Shown piece by piece: positions 1 through 7,757 of a stretch of DNA of 11,240 nucleotides (positions within the stretch are counted from its first letter, which is position 1; the number at the start of each line of letters is the position of its first letter). The translations under genes were made by a program, and so were the position numbers. The stretch comes from Candidatus Hadarchaeum sp. (GTDB lineage Archaea > Hadarchaeota > Hadarchaeia > Hadarchaeales > Hadarchaeaceae), in assembly GCF_049969415.1 (NCBI RefSeq), contig NZ_JBMFOX010000033.1, positions 1 to 11,240 of the forward strand, given 5' to 3'. The notes under the pieces were generated by a model, which made no database searches, was not told the DNA's origin, and worked only from the letters and a program-made list of their open reading frames with translations.

Positions 1-473
1 GAACAGGCCTTAGAAAATGCGGGGATAGCGAAGTTCAACTTAGTGTCTGTCTCAAGCATAATCCCCCCAAATGCAAATTGATACTGCGGGAAGAGGGTCT
101 GAAACACCTGCACGATGGACAAATCGTTTTCGGTGTTTTCGCGAGATGCAACAGCGACGAGCGGAGGAGGCTGATATCCGCGAGCATAGGTTGTGCCCTC
201 CCAGCGGATGAGAACACTTGCGGGTACATCAGCGAGCACGATGCCTACGGGCAAACGGCGGAAGAGGCTGGCGATTACGCGGAAGACGTGGCAGCCTCCA
301 TGCTCGCGAGCGCGTTGGGTTTACCTTTCGACCCGAACAAAAGCTGGGACGAAAGAAAAAAGATATGGAAGATTTCTAAAAAAATCGTGAAGACCACGAA
401 CATAACTCAGACCGCCTTAGTTAAGGAGGGGATGTGGTCAACGGTCCTCTGCGCAGCGGTTTTCGTGTTATAG
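1..473 (+). CDS. pdaD: Pyruvoyl-dependent arginine decarboxylase, 5' end outside window, with a -1 frameshift at ~66-72 (sequencing error, pseudogene or programmed frameshift)
   Basis: Frame 1 from base 1 reads EQALENAGIAKFNLVSVSSIIPPNAN* (TGA 79-81) and carries the family NLV-x-VSSI self-cleavage motif. Frame 3 continues CKLILREEGL...SASIGCA...GYISEH...AEDVAASMLAS...WSTVLCAAVFVL* to TAG at 471-473. Confidence 0.88.
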   Translation, partial: TGLRKCGDSEVQLSVCLKHNPPKCKLILREEGLKHLHDGQIVFGVFARCNSDERRRLISASIGCALPADENTCGYISEHDAYGQTAEEAGDYAEDVAASMLASALGLPFDPNKSWDERKKIWKISKKIVKTTNITQTALVKEGMWSTVLCAAVFVL

Positions 474-478
474 TACCT

Positions 479-1240
479 CTAATCTTTTTTCATGATGTAC
501 TTTTCCACGAGCTCCTTGAATGCAACGAACGGTTTTGCTTCCGCCACCGCGTTTAACACAGCTGGGCCCTTCGCGCGAATCCCGGCCATCACTTTAACAC
601 CTCGCTCGAAAAACGGCTCGGGAAGCGTGCTCGCGGTGGGGCCCGCGAGTGCCACAAACTTCGCGTTTTTCGATAGCTCGAGCAATCTATCGATGGTTCC
701 GTTGATCAAGCTCGACCCGCTTATAACCACGACATCCGCTTTTGGTAATATCGAGTCGACAAAGGTATCTGGCAGGGCATCCCCTCTCAACCAGGGGTTG
801 CGTTCAAAAACGTGAACCTCCCGGGCATTCTCCCTCAGCTTCCCGACTAGGGGCCTTATGTACCCAACCACTGCGACGCTGTCTTCCCTCCTCACATCCA
901 TCGCATCAAAGGCGTCCATTCCAAACTGCCGCTCGTAACCTTCGGAGTCCATCAGGTGTTGTGAGAGGGCATTCAACGTCGCGATGCCAACGGTCCTCTC
1001 GATCATGTCGAACGAGTTCGCCAACCGAGCGATCTCTAAAGCCTTGAAGCCGTGAAAGTCCCGCCTGCGACCCCAGTGGGAATGCCCAATGTCCTCGATC
1101 GGCGTGTGACAGAGACCGACGTAACTGTTATCGAGCATCACTGCGGTATAGCAGAGGCTCACGCATACTCTCGAGAGCGTCAAGTCTTCTAACCGCCTTC
1201 TCCGCTCTCCGACCAGATTCAATAACTCGTCAACAATCAA
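479..1240 (-). CDS. DUF364 family Rossmann-like protein (putative heavy-metal chelation; N-terminal DUF4213-like part)
   Basis: 253 aa ORF with IGIATLNALSQ, VAVVGY, VFERNP, DVVVISGSSLINGTIDRLLEL and GPTAS motifs. Its TTG start overlaps the upstream mrp stop (TTGA, 1237-1240). Confidence 0.85.
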   Translation of the reverse strand: MIVDELLNLVGERRRRLEDLTLSRVCVSLCYTAVMLDNSYVGLCHTPIEDIGHSHWGRRRDFHGFKALEIARLANSFDMIERTVGIATLNALSQHLMDSEGYERQFGMDAFDAMDVRREDSVAVVGYIRPLVGKLRENAREVHVFERNPWLRGDALPDTFVDSILPKADVVVISGSSLINGTIDRLLELSKNAKFVALAGPTASTLPEPFFERGVKVMAGIRAKGPAVLNAVAEAKPFVAFKELVEKYIMKKD

Positions 1241-2073
1241 GCTTGCGTCCCCCGCTGTTTCAAATACCCCTCCACTTTGTCAACCACCTGCATGAAGGCT
1301 TTGGCCGCCGGAGTTTCGGCATGCTCGATGATGAAAGGCGTTCCTCTGTCCGAGTCCTCACATATCCTCTGATCAATTGGAATCTTCCCTAAAAATGGTA
1401 CGCCGAGTTCCTCCGATATCTTCTGCCCACCGCCGATCCCCAAAATGTCAAATTCCGCACCACATTTTGGACAGACGAACCCGCTCATATTTTCGATTAC
1501 TCCCACTAATGGCACACGTAATTCCCTCGTAAACCCGATGGCTCGCTTGACGACTATTTGGGAAACTTCAGAAGGAGCAGTTATCATCAAGATGCCATCG
1601 ATATCGGATATTAACTGCATAATACTAAGGGGCTCGTCTCCGGTACCCGGAGGCAAATCTATAAGCAAAAAATCTAAATTACCCCAAGCCACGTCAGCTA
1701 AAAACTGCCTGATTGCGCCCATCTTCATGGGGCCGCGCCAGATGACCGGGGTCTCATCGTCCGGGAGTAAGAAATCCATGGAGACAACTCTTATGTCGAG
1801 TGGACCTTTTGCCGGAAAAATTCCCGGTGGTCCAGTAGCTAGCTCCCGACCCCTTATGCCAAGTATTTTGGGAATGCTCGGGCCGTGGATATCAACGTCC
1901 AAAACTCCTACCTTGTAGCCCTTTCGTGCCAGTGCGATAGCTAGGTTAGCGGCAATGGTGCTCTTGCCGACTCCACCCTTCCCACTCAAGATTGCCAGTT
2001 TATGCTTGATTTTGGCCATCCGTATTTTGATGCGTCTCTCCTGCTCCTGCATTTCTTTCGCTCGTTCTTCCAT
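1237..2073 (-). CDS. mrp: Mrp/NBP35 (ApbC) Fe-S cluster carrier ATPase
   Basis: SGKGGVGKST deviant Walker A, DVDIHGPSIP, PVIWRGP, DLPPGTGDE, ENMSGFVCPKC. ATG 2073 preferred because GGGTGG lies just upstream; GTG 2082 is the alternative start. Confidence 0.95.
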   Translation of the reverse strand: MEERAKEMQEQERRIKIRMAKIKHKLAILSGKGGVGKSTIAANLAIALARKGYKVGVLDVDIHGPSIPKILGIRGRELATGPPGIFPAKGPLDIRVVSMDFLLPDDETPVIWRGPMKMGAIRQFLADVAWGNLDFLLIDLPPGTGDEPLSIMQLISDIDGILMITAPSEVSQIVVKRAIGFTRELRVPLVGVIENMSGFVCPKCGAEFDILGIGGGQKISEELGVPFLGKIPIDQRICEDSDRGTPFIIEHAETPAAKAFMQVVDKVEGYLKQRGTQA

Positions 2074-2097
2074 CCGTTCCACCCATTACAAACTGCT

Positions 2098-2117
2098 TTA
2101 TTTGCGATTGCACAAAT
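2098..2117. promoter_or_regulatory. Palindromic operator copy 1 (TTATTTGC-GATT-GCACAAAT) in the mrp / methyltransferase divergent intergenic region
   Basis: Matches the copies at 9281-9300 and 10552-10571 and overlaps an AT-rich TATA-like tract (2114-2125). Confidence 0.7.
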
Positions 2118-2155
2118 ATAATTATCGTTGGTGAGGGTGAAGCGGCGGGAGTGGA

Positions 2156-2767
2156 ATGATGACGGCAGGCGATGTAGAAAAATTTGTGCGATTTTACAGC
2201 AGCGACTTCGGCAAGAAAATTCTAGCTAAAGAAGCCGAGTACCTAAAGGGCGAGTTGAAGGGGCGAAAAAAGATCCTCGATATCGGATGCGGAATTGGCT
2301 GTTTTGAAGAAATACTATCCGAGCTGAACATCGTTGGCCTCGACAACTCGAAGGAGGCATTAGAAGAAGCGAGAAGGAAGAGCGATAAAAGATTCGTGCT
2401 CGGGAATGCGGAACATCTTAATTTTCTCAACGGGACTTTTGACGGTGCCTTCACGGTGACGACCTTGGAATTCTTGGACAACTACAAAAAAGCCGTGGAC
2501 GAGGTGGCTAGAGTCCTGGAGCCGGGGGGCAAATTTGTTGCTATGATGTTAAATCCTGAATCGGAGTACTTCAAGTCTCATATAGGTAAACCGGACTCAT
2601 ATTTCAGGAAAATAAAGTGCACCAACCCAAAGGAGATAGAGCAACACATCTCTAGATCCTTTACCGCCGCTGGCGAATATTTTCTGGGGATACGAGGTCA
2701 AGAGATTTTCGACACTCGCGATAAGCATCTGGCAGCCCTGTACGTGGTCAAGGGAACAAGGGCTTAG
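2156..2767 (+). CDS. Class I SAM-dependent methyltransferase
   Basis: ILDIGCGIG motif I, GLDNS, GNAEHL-F-NGTFD, EVARVLEPGG. Confidence 0.9.
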   Translation: MMTAGDVEKFVRFYSSDFGKKILAKEAEYLKGELKGRKKILDIGCGIGCFEEILSELNIVGLDNSKEALEEARRKSDKRFVLGNAEHLNFLNGTFDGAFTVTTLEFLDNYKKAVDEVARVLEPGGKFVAMMLNPESEYFKSHIGKPDSYFRKIKCTNPKEIEQHISRSFTAAGEYFLGIRGQEIFDTRDKHLAALYVVKGTRA

Positions 2768-2783
2768 CTCTCACCAGATATTT

Positions 2784-3347
2784 TTATTTTGAGAAGATAG
2801 TGAAAGATTGCTCTGGCAGGAAATCAAACTCTTGCTTCACTCGATACCCGGCCTCTTTCATCTCTTCTATAATAGTTTCTCGAGGAACATAATGTCCAAA
2901 CATCCCGTGGAAGGTGAAAGGTTTGGCACGCTTGTACTCTACGATGGCAACTCTTCCTTTTGGTTTTAAGAAGCGTCTCAATTTTTTAAAATATTCCACT
3001 CGATTTGTTAAATGGTGGCACACATTGCGCATAAAGACTAAATCTAAACTTCTTTCGGGCAAAGCCAAGTCTTCTCCAGCAACAAGGATTGTTTCAACAT
3101 TATTGAGCCCCTGTTCCTTAGCACTGTTCTTGATAAATTTCAGAAATCTTGGATTTGTATCGACCGCGTACGCCCTCCCTTTTCTTCCAACGGCTTCTGC
3201 GAACCGTAGGCAAAAATAGCCGCCTCCAGCCCCAACATCCGCAACATTTTGTCCTTGCCGCAATTCTAAGGCTTCTAATATCTGATCAGGTTTATTTCTC
3301 GGATCAGAAGCTTTCCTGTTAAACACCTTTGCCTTAAGATTTCTCAT
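2784..3347 (-). CDS. Class I SAM-dependent methyltransferase (UbiE-like)
   Basis: VADVGAGGGYF, AYAVD, LPERSLDLVF, LKPKGRVAIVEY; GAGG RBS upstream of the ATG. Confidence 0.9.
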   Translation of the reverse strand: MRNLKAKVFNRKASDPRNKPDQILEALELRQGQNVADVGAGGGYFCLRFAEAVGRKGRAYAVDTNPRFLKFIKNSAKEQGLNNVETILVAGEDLALPERSLDLVFMRNVCHHLTNRVEYFKKLRRFLKPKGRVAIVEYKRAKPFTFHGMFGHYVPRETIIEEMKEAGYRVKQEFDFLPEQSFTIFSK

Positions 3348-3413
3348 GTTTATCCTCGTTTCATATTTATTTGGGAATTGTGTTTAGTTTATACTTGGTG
3401 GGGCTTGGATAAA

Positions 3414-3881
3414 ATGACAAAATTGAAACCGATATGGATAATCTACACCCCATACAAAAAGGACGGGGACGTGCCATACCAATCGTGCAAATCGAAAGAT
3501 GTGGATGAGATTGAAGTTTCCAAGGAGTACGAGGAGGGGCTGAAGGACATTGAAGGGTTCTCCCACCTCATAATTTTGTACGAGTTCCACAAGTCCGTAA
3601 AGCGCTCGGTAAAAAAGGAGCATTACTTGGAGTCGCAGGGGCTTTTGGTAAAACCTTACCTAGACGACACTCCACGCGGGCTTTTTGCCACGAGATCCCC
3701 AAACAGGCCAAACCCAATTGGGCTCACCATCGTCGAGTTGTTGGAGCGCAAAAGAAATGTCTTAAAGGTAAGGGGCGTCGACATGCTCGATGGCACCCCC
3801 CTCTTGGATATCAAACCCTATGTCCCGAAGTTTGACCAAAGAGATAACGTTAGAATCGGCTGGCTTGAAGGAAAGATATAG
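3414..3881 (+). CDS. tsaA: TsaA/TrmO (YaeB, UPF0066) family SAM-binding protein, N-terminal domain only
   Basis: GLKDIEGFSHL, GLFATRSPNRPNPIGLT, GVDMLDGTPLLDIKPY, RIGWL. ATG 3414 preferred to TTG 3378. tRNA m6t6A activity is not certain for this single-domain form. Confidence 0.9.
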   Translation: MTKLKPIWIIYTPYKKDGDVPYQSCKSKDVDEIEVSKEYEEGLKDIEGFSHLIILYEFHKSVKRSVKKEHYLESQGLLVKPYLDDTPRGLFATRSPNRPNPIGLTIVELLERKRNVLKVRGVDMLDGTPLLDIKPYVPKFDQRDNVRIGWLEGKI

Positions 3882-3894
3882 GATACACGATACC

Positions 3895-5241
3895 CTATCG
3901 ACTTCTTGCCGCATTCTGCGCTGCTAAAACCAAGGGATACATGGTGGGAGGAGGCGTGAGATAGGGATGGGTGGCCATCTGAAAAGTTTCCAGTTCTGTT
4001 ATAGTGAATCTCCTTTGTATCGCGATTCCGATCGCGTTAATTAACTCCCCGCAGGACATCCCTCCAGCCACTTGTCCCCCCAGCAAAGCTTGACCCTCCT
4101 TTGAGAAGACCAGCTTAACCAACACCTTATGCGCTCCAGGCAGTACGGAAGGATGTTTGTCCACGGCCTCGGCCTTACCTGATACTACATCAAATCCCTC
4201 TCGCTTTGCCGTGTTCTCCGTCAATCCGGCAGAACCCAACACGAGCCCGCCAACATAAGTGGAGAAGATCCCAATAGTCCCCTTGCTCTCGCGCAACACC
4301 TTCAATTTATATAGATTCGCTCCAGCAATTCGGGCTTCTGCGGTGGCGATGGAAGCAAGCAGGACAGGGGCGTCCTTCCGGGTAAAAAAGTCCCTCTTGC
4401 CCGCACAGTCTCCGATAGCGAAAATATCTGGGTCTATAGTTCTCATGTATTCATCAACCCAGATGCCCTTTCCTTTCCCAAGCTCAAGACCCGCATCTAG
4501 GGCCAACTTAGTATTAGGACTAGCCCCGACTCCTAAGATAACGCAATCGACATCGATTTCTTCCCCAGTTGAAAGGCGTACCTTCCTGACCCTTTCATCG
4601 CCCATCACTTCTTCCGCTCTGGTCCCGGTCAAAATTTTTACCCCTTGAGACGACAATTTCTCCTCAACCAGCTCGGAAAATTCAGGGTCAAAGGAATTGG
4701 CCAAAAGATGGGGGAGCATCTCCACTACGATGACTTCGGGACCTTTAACCTTAGAGAGCTCGTCTGCAAGTTCTACCCCGATAAAGCCCCCACCCAGAAC
4801 TAGAACCCTTTTACATCCCCTCGCATATTCTACCATATCCTTGAGATAGTTCAGGTCTTTTCTTATTGAATACACTCCCTTCTTATCAATACCTGGAATC
4901 GGCGGAAGGATGGGATTGGAACCGAGAGCCAAGACCAATTTTTCATAGCGATAATCATTGCCACTCTCGGTGTGGACTATCCTGTTCCGGCGGTCAATCT
5001 TGACCGCACGATCCACCACGAGTTCGATGTTCTGTTTTTCCAAGGACATGTAGCTCATAGCGTTTTGCTCGGGTTTTTCCAAGCTCGCGATCATGTAAGG
5101 TATGCCACACGGAATAACACCTCTCTCCACATCCCTCATCAGCAAGATTTTCTTTTCGGGATAATTCCAGCGAGCGGTAAGGGCGCAAACAATTCCCGCC
5201 GGTCCTCCACCTATGATTAAGACATCTGTATCCCTCTTCAT
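3895..5241 (-). CDS. FAD-dependent pyridine nucleotide-disulfide oxidoreductase (CoA-disulfide reductase / NADH oxidase family)
   Basis: IIGGGPAG FAD motif, single redox Cys in PCGIPY, GGGFIG..VEM NAD(H) motif, T-DPDIFAIGDC, C-terminal dimerisation domain. ATG 5241 follows an AGGGAG RBS (ORF track starts at 5262). Confidence 0.92.
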   Translation of the reverse strand: MKRDTDVLIIGGGPAGIVCALTARWNYPEKKILLMRDVERGVIPCGIPYMIASLEKPEQNAMSYMSLEKQNIELVVDRAVKIDRRNRIVHTESGNDYRYEKLVLALGSNPILPPIPGIDKKGVYSIRKDLNYLKDMVEYARGCKRVLVLGGGFIGVELADELSKVKGPEVIVVEMLPHLLANSFDPEFSELVEEKLSSQGVKILTGTRAEEVMGDERVRKVRLSTGEEIDVDCVILGVGASPNTKLALDAGLELGKGKGIWVDEYMRTIDPDIFAIGDCAGKRDFFTRKDAPVLLASIATAEARIAGANLYKLKVLRESKGTIGIFSTYVGGLVLGSAGLTENTAKREGFDVVSGKAEAVDKHPSVLPGAHKVLVKLVFSKEGQALLGGQVAGGMSCGELINAIGIAIQRRFTITELETFQMATHPYLTPPPTMYPLVLAAQNAARSR

Positions 5242-5374
5242 CGTATCTCCCTTTCTCATCATTCATCCAATTTAACTCTTTGCTTCATCATGCTTTGTTT
5301 TTAAACTTGTCTCATAAAACACGGAATGTAGTTAAATTAAATCTTCATTCTTGTTTTCCAGGCTATCTGCGACT

Positions 5375-5674
5375 TCATAACTTATCTTGTATAGATTTTA
5401 TTTTGCCTTCCATGCTCAGCGGCTTGTCGCGTCGGTCGTCAATTTTAATGATGGTGACTACCCTCAGGATTTCTTTATCAAAAACAGCTTCGTGCATCTT
5501 CTTAGCCAGATCTAAGAGATTCTTCAGATCTCCCTCCACGATTGTCCCCATTGAGGTTAGCTCATATTTAATGTCCTTCTCTTTGTTCAATATCTCAAGA
5601 GCATCCGCAACGTGTTTGCTAACCGAAGGTGTTTTTGCTCCCAGGGGGATGACACTTATCTCCATTATCGCCAT
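5375..5674 (-). CDS. MTH1187/DUF77 thiamine-binding protein family
   Basis: MAIMEISVIPLG..SVSKHVA, YELTSMGTIVEG, RVVTIIKIDDRRDK; GGAGG RBS before ATG 5674. Confidence 0.92.
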   Translation of the reverse strand: MAIMEISVIPLGAKTPSVSKHVADALEILNKEKDIKYELTSMGTIVEGDLKNLLDLAKKMHEAVFDKEILRVVTIIKIDDRRDKPLSMEGKIKSIQDKL

Positions 5675-5727
5675 TTTTATCTCCTCCGTTTCAGCTTTTC
5701 CCAACTGCTATCAGGATTCGGATTAAC

Positions 5728-5931
5728 TTAGCCTTGCTGGGCCCAAGGCGGCCCTCCGGCGCCACGTCTCCCGCCAGGCGGCCCCTTGTCGATGCGATGA
5801 ATCATCGCTGCCGGAGCACCACACTTGGGACATGCCGGTGGCTTGGGCACCCCTTGGGGAACTTCTATAATGTTTCCGCAGGCGAAGCACCTGAACCTTT
5901 TGGTCGGCACCATAGCAGGTGGTTGCGCCAT
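5728..5931 (-). CDS. Small zinc-ribbon/rubredoxin-like protein (CxxC-x15-CxxC) with G/R/P-rich tail
   Basis: 67 aa, FRCFACG...CPKCG...IHRI. The ATG overlaps the upstream ATPase stop (TGATG) and follows a GGGGGTGA RBS. Confidence 0.8.
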   Translation of the reverse strand: MAQPPAMVPTKRFRCFACGNIIEVPQGVPKPPACPKCGAPAAMIHRIDKGPPGGRRGAGGPPWAQQG

Positions 5932-6857
5932 CAGATTTCACCCCCTTTCAGTCTGTCTCGAATGGTTAAAATTAAGGACATCAACGCTTTTCCGGCTGGG
6001 CTGTTCGGAGCTTTCTTCATCAGAGGCTCGCCCGCGATGTAGGAACGCAAGAGTTCCTCATCCAAGGGGATTTCAGCGGTTAACTTGATCCCTCGTTCAT
6101 GACATATATTTAGGAGTTCGTCCTTTAGCCCACCTGGAACATCGGCCTTGTTCAAAACCACTTCCACAGGTAATTCCAGCTCTCGGGCGAGGGCTAAGAT
6201 AAATTTCAAATCGTGCGTGCCCAAGGGCGTGGGTTCGGTCACGGCTAGGGCAAGGTCGGAAACCCATAAGGGCTGAGCCACGGTGTTGTGAACCCCTGGG
6301 GCGGTGTCGATTACTGCCACATCGTATCCTCCATTCCGCAACTCGCTGATGGCACGGAGCACCGTCGCGCGCGCCATCAAAGGGGATCTTGGCTCCGTCG
6401 GCTTCAGCTCGCCCACCACGAGCTTGAGTCCGTCGGCGTCTGCGGTGTAAGTAGTTCCGATCGTTTTCCATCCGTCCCCTATGGCCCCATATCCACAAAC
6501 CAACTTGCATGCTCCGCATCCCGAACAGAGTTCCTCAAAAAATATCGGAGTTTCTCCTTGGAGACTGATTAACGCATGTTCATGGCAAGCGTCCACGCAT
6601 TTCATACATCCAACACATTTCGTTTCTTCGATTACCGGTCTAAAGGTCCTTACCTCGTTGCCGGCATCGAGTTTCATCCCCAACAACGCTGCGCAGCACG
6701 GTCCATCGACATCAGCATCGACCAACATGACCTTTAAGCCCTCCATGTTAAGGCCCACAGCCAAGTTCACGGCGACCATGGTTTTGCCTGTCCCCCCCTT
6801 CCCTCCAGTAACAGCCACAATCGGCACGTCCACGTTTTTCTTCCTGAGAGTCACCAC
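5931..6857 (-). CDS. MinD-superfamily P-loop ATPase with inserted 2x[4Fe-4S] ferredoxin domain (COG1149-type), copy B
   Basis: TGGKGGTGKT, DADVDGP, CVGCMKCVDAC and CSGCGACKLVC, DTAPG, VTEPTPLGTHDL, VLNKAD. Confidence 0.92.
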   Translation of the reverse strand: MVTLRKKNVDVPIVAVTGGKGGTGKTMVAVNLAVGLNMEGLKVMLVDADVDGPCCAALLGMKLDAGNEVRTFRPVIEETKCVGCMKCVDACHEHALISLQGETPIFFEELCSGCGACKLVCGYGAIGDGWKTIGTTYTADADGLKLVVGELKPTEPRSPLMARATVLRAISELRNGGYDVAVIDTAPGVHNTVAQPLWVSDLALAVTEPTPLGTHDLKFILALARELELPVEVVLNKADVPGGLKDELLNICHERGIKLTAEIPLDEELLRSYIAGEPLMKKAPNSPAGKALMSLILTIRDRLKGGEI

Positions 6858-7747
6858 AAAATTTCCCCCACTTTATTTCCTATCGCAGCCAGAGCTTTCG
6901 AGGCTTTTGTATCAGGATTAAACTCTATGATTGGCTTCATTTGTACAAGTGCTTTGGCGACTTCGTAGTCGATGGGAATTTCACCTAAAAACTGAAACCC
7001 GAGTTCACGCACAACCCAATCTTTGAGGACGATTTCGAAATCCTTTGAATAACCGCTCTTGTTTATCACCACACCAGCGGGGACATCGAAGTGCTTTATG
7101 ACTCGGGACAAGCGCTCAAGGTTCCTTTTCGCGGCAGGTGTAGGTTCTGTCACAGCGATGACATAGTCCGCGCCCGTGATGGAGGCTATGACCGGACAAC
7201 CTATGCCAGGTGCAGCGTCAACTATAAGCACATCGCTCCCTTCGTCCTGCGCTTTCCTTCGCGCGATATTCCTTATGCTCGCCACGAGGTGTCCGGAGTT
7301 GTGTTCACCAAGTTTTAACTTCCCGGTTGCGCATCCGAACCCATATTTAGTCTCTTCAATGCTGAGCGTGCCTGTGTCTGCCTCGTTTACCTCGATCGCA
7401 TTGGTGGGACACACGAGCTTGCAAACACCACATCCCTCACACATAAGTTCCACCACTATTGCCCGTCCGCCGTCTGGCATTGCCATCGCTCCGAAGGGGC
7501 AAACTTCGACGCACTTGCCGCAGGAAACGCATTTGTCTACATCAACTCTGGCCTTCTCCGAAGCTCTGACATTCATAGAAAAAATATTCTTTCCGCCGCC
7601 GAGCGCCAGTAATAGGTCAGGGGCATCCACGTCCGCATCTGCCACGAAAACTTTTACCCCCCTTTTAGCCAGAAAAACGGCGAGGGAAGCCGCAACCGTG
7701 GTCTTGCCAGTACCACCTTTCCCGGAAGCGACCACAATTTCCTTCAA
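6851..7747 (-). CDS. MinD-superfamily P-loop ATPase with inserted 2x[4Fe-4S] ferredoxin domain (COG1149-type), copy A
   Basis: SGKGGTGKTT, DADVDAPDL, CVSCGKCVEVCP and CEGCGVCKLVCP, GEHNSGHLV, DAAPGIGCPV, VTEPT. TTG start after GGGTG. Confidence 0.93.
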   Translation of the reverse strand: MKEIVVASGKGGTGKTTVAASLAVFLAKRGVKVFVADADVDAPDLLLALGGGKNIFSMNVRASEKARVDVDKCVSCGKCVEVCPFGAMAMPDGGRAIVVELMCEGCGVCKLVCPTNAIEVNEADTGTLSIEETKYGFGCATGKLKLGEHNSGHLVASIRNIARRKAQDEGSDVLIVDAAPGIGCPVIASITGADYVIAVTEPTPAAKRNLERLSRVIKHFDVPAGVVINKSGYSKDFEIVLKDWVVRELGFQFLGEIPIDYEVAKALVQMKPIIEFNPDTKASKALAAIGNKVGEILW

Positions 7748-7757
7748 CAGCTACACC

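Noticed and set aside
78-473. 131-aa ORF as a complete gene starting at TTG 78
   Set aside because: It lacks the pyruvoyl-forming SS motif, which is upstream in frame 1, so it is the 3' part of pdaD.
5297-5306. GTTTTTAAAC as a SurR site upstream of the flavoprotein gene
   Set aside because: The spacing is GTT-N4-AAC rather than GTT-N3-AAC, and the tract is more simply a TATA-like element.
5298-5317. Possible fourth operator TTTTTAAA-CTTG-TCTCATAA
   Set aside because: It lacks the GCAC core and only the outer bases match in AT-rich DNA, so it is not counted without a PWM test.
5723-5941. 72-aa alternative-frame ORF
   Set aside because: It overlaps the 67-aa CxxC protein, which has an RBS, stop-start coupling and a recognisable motif.
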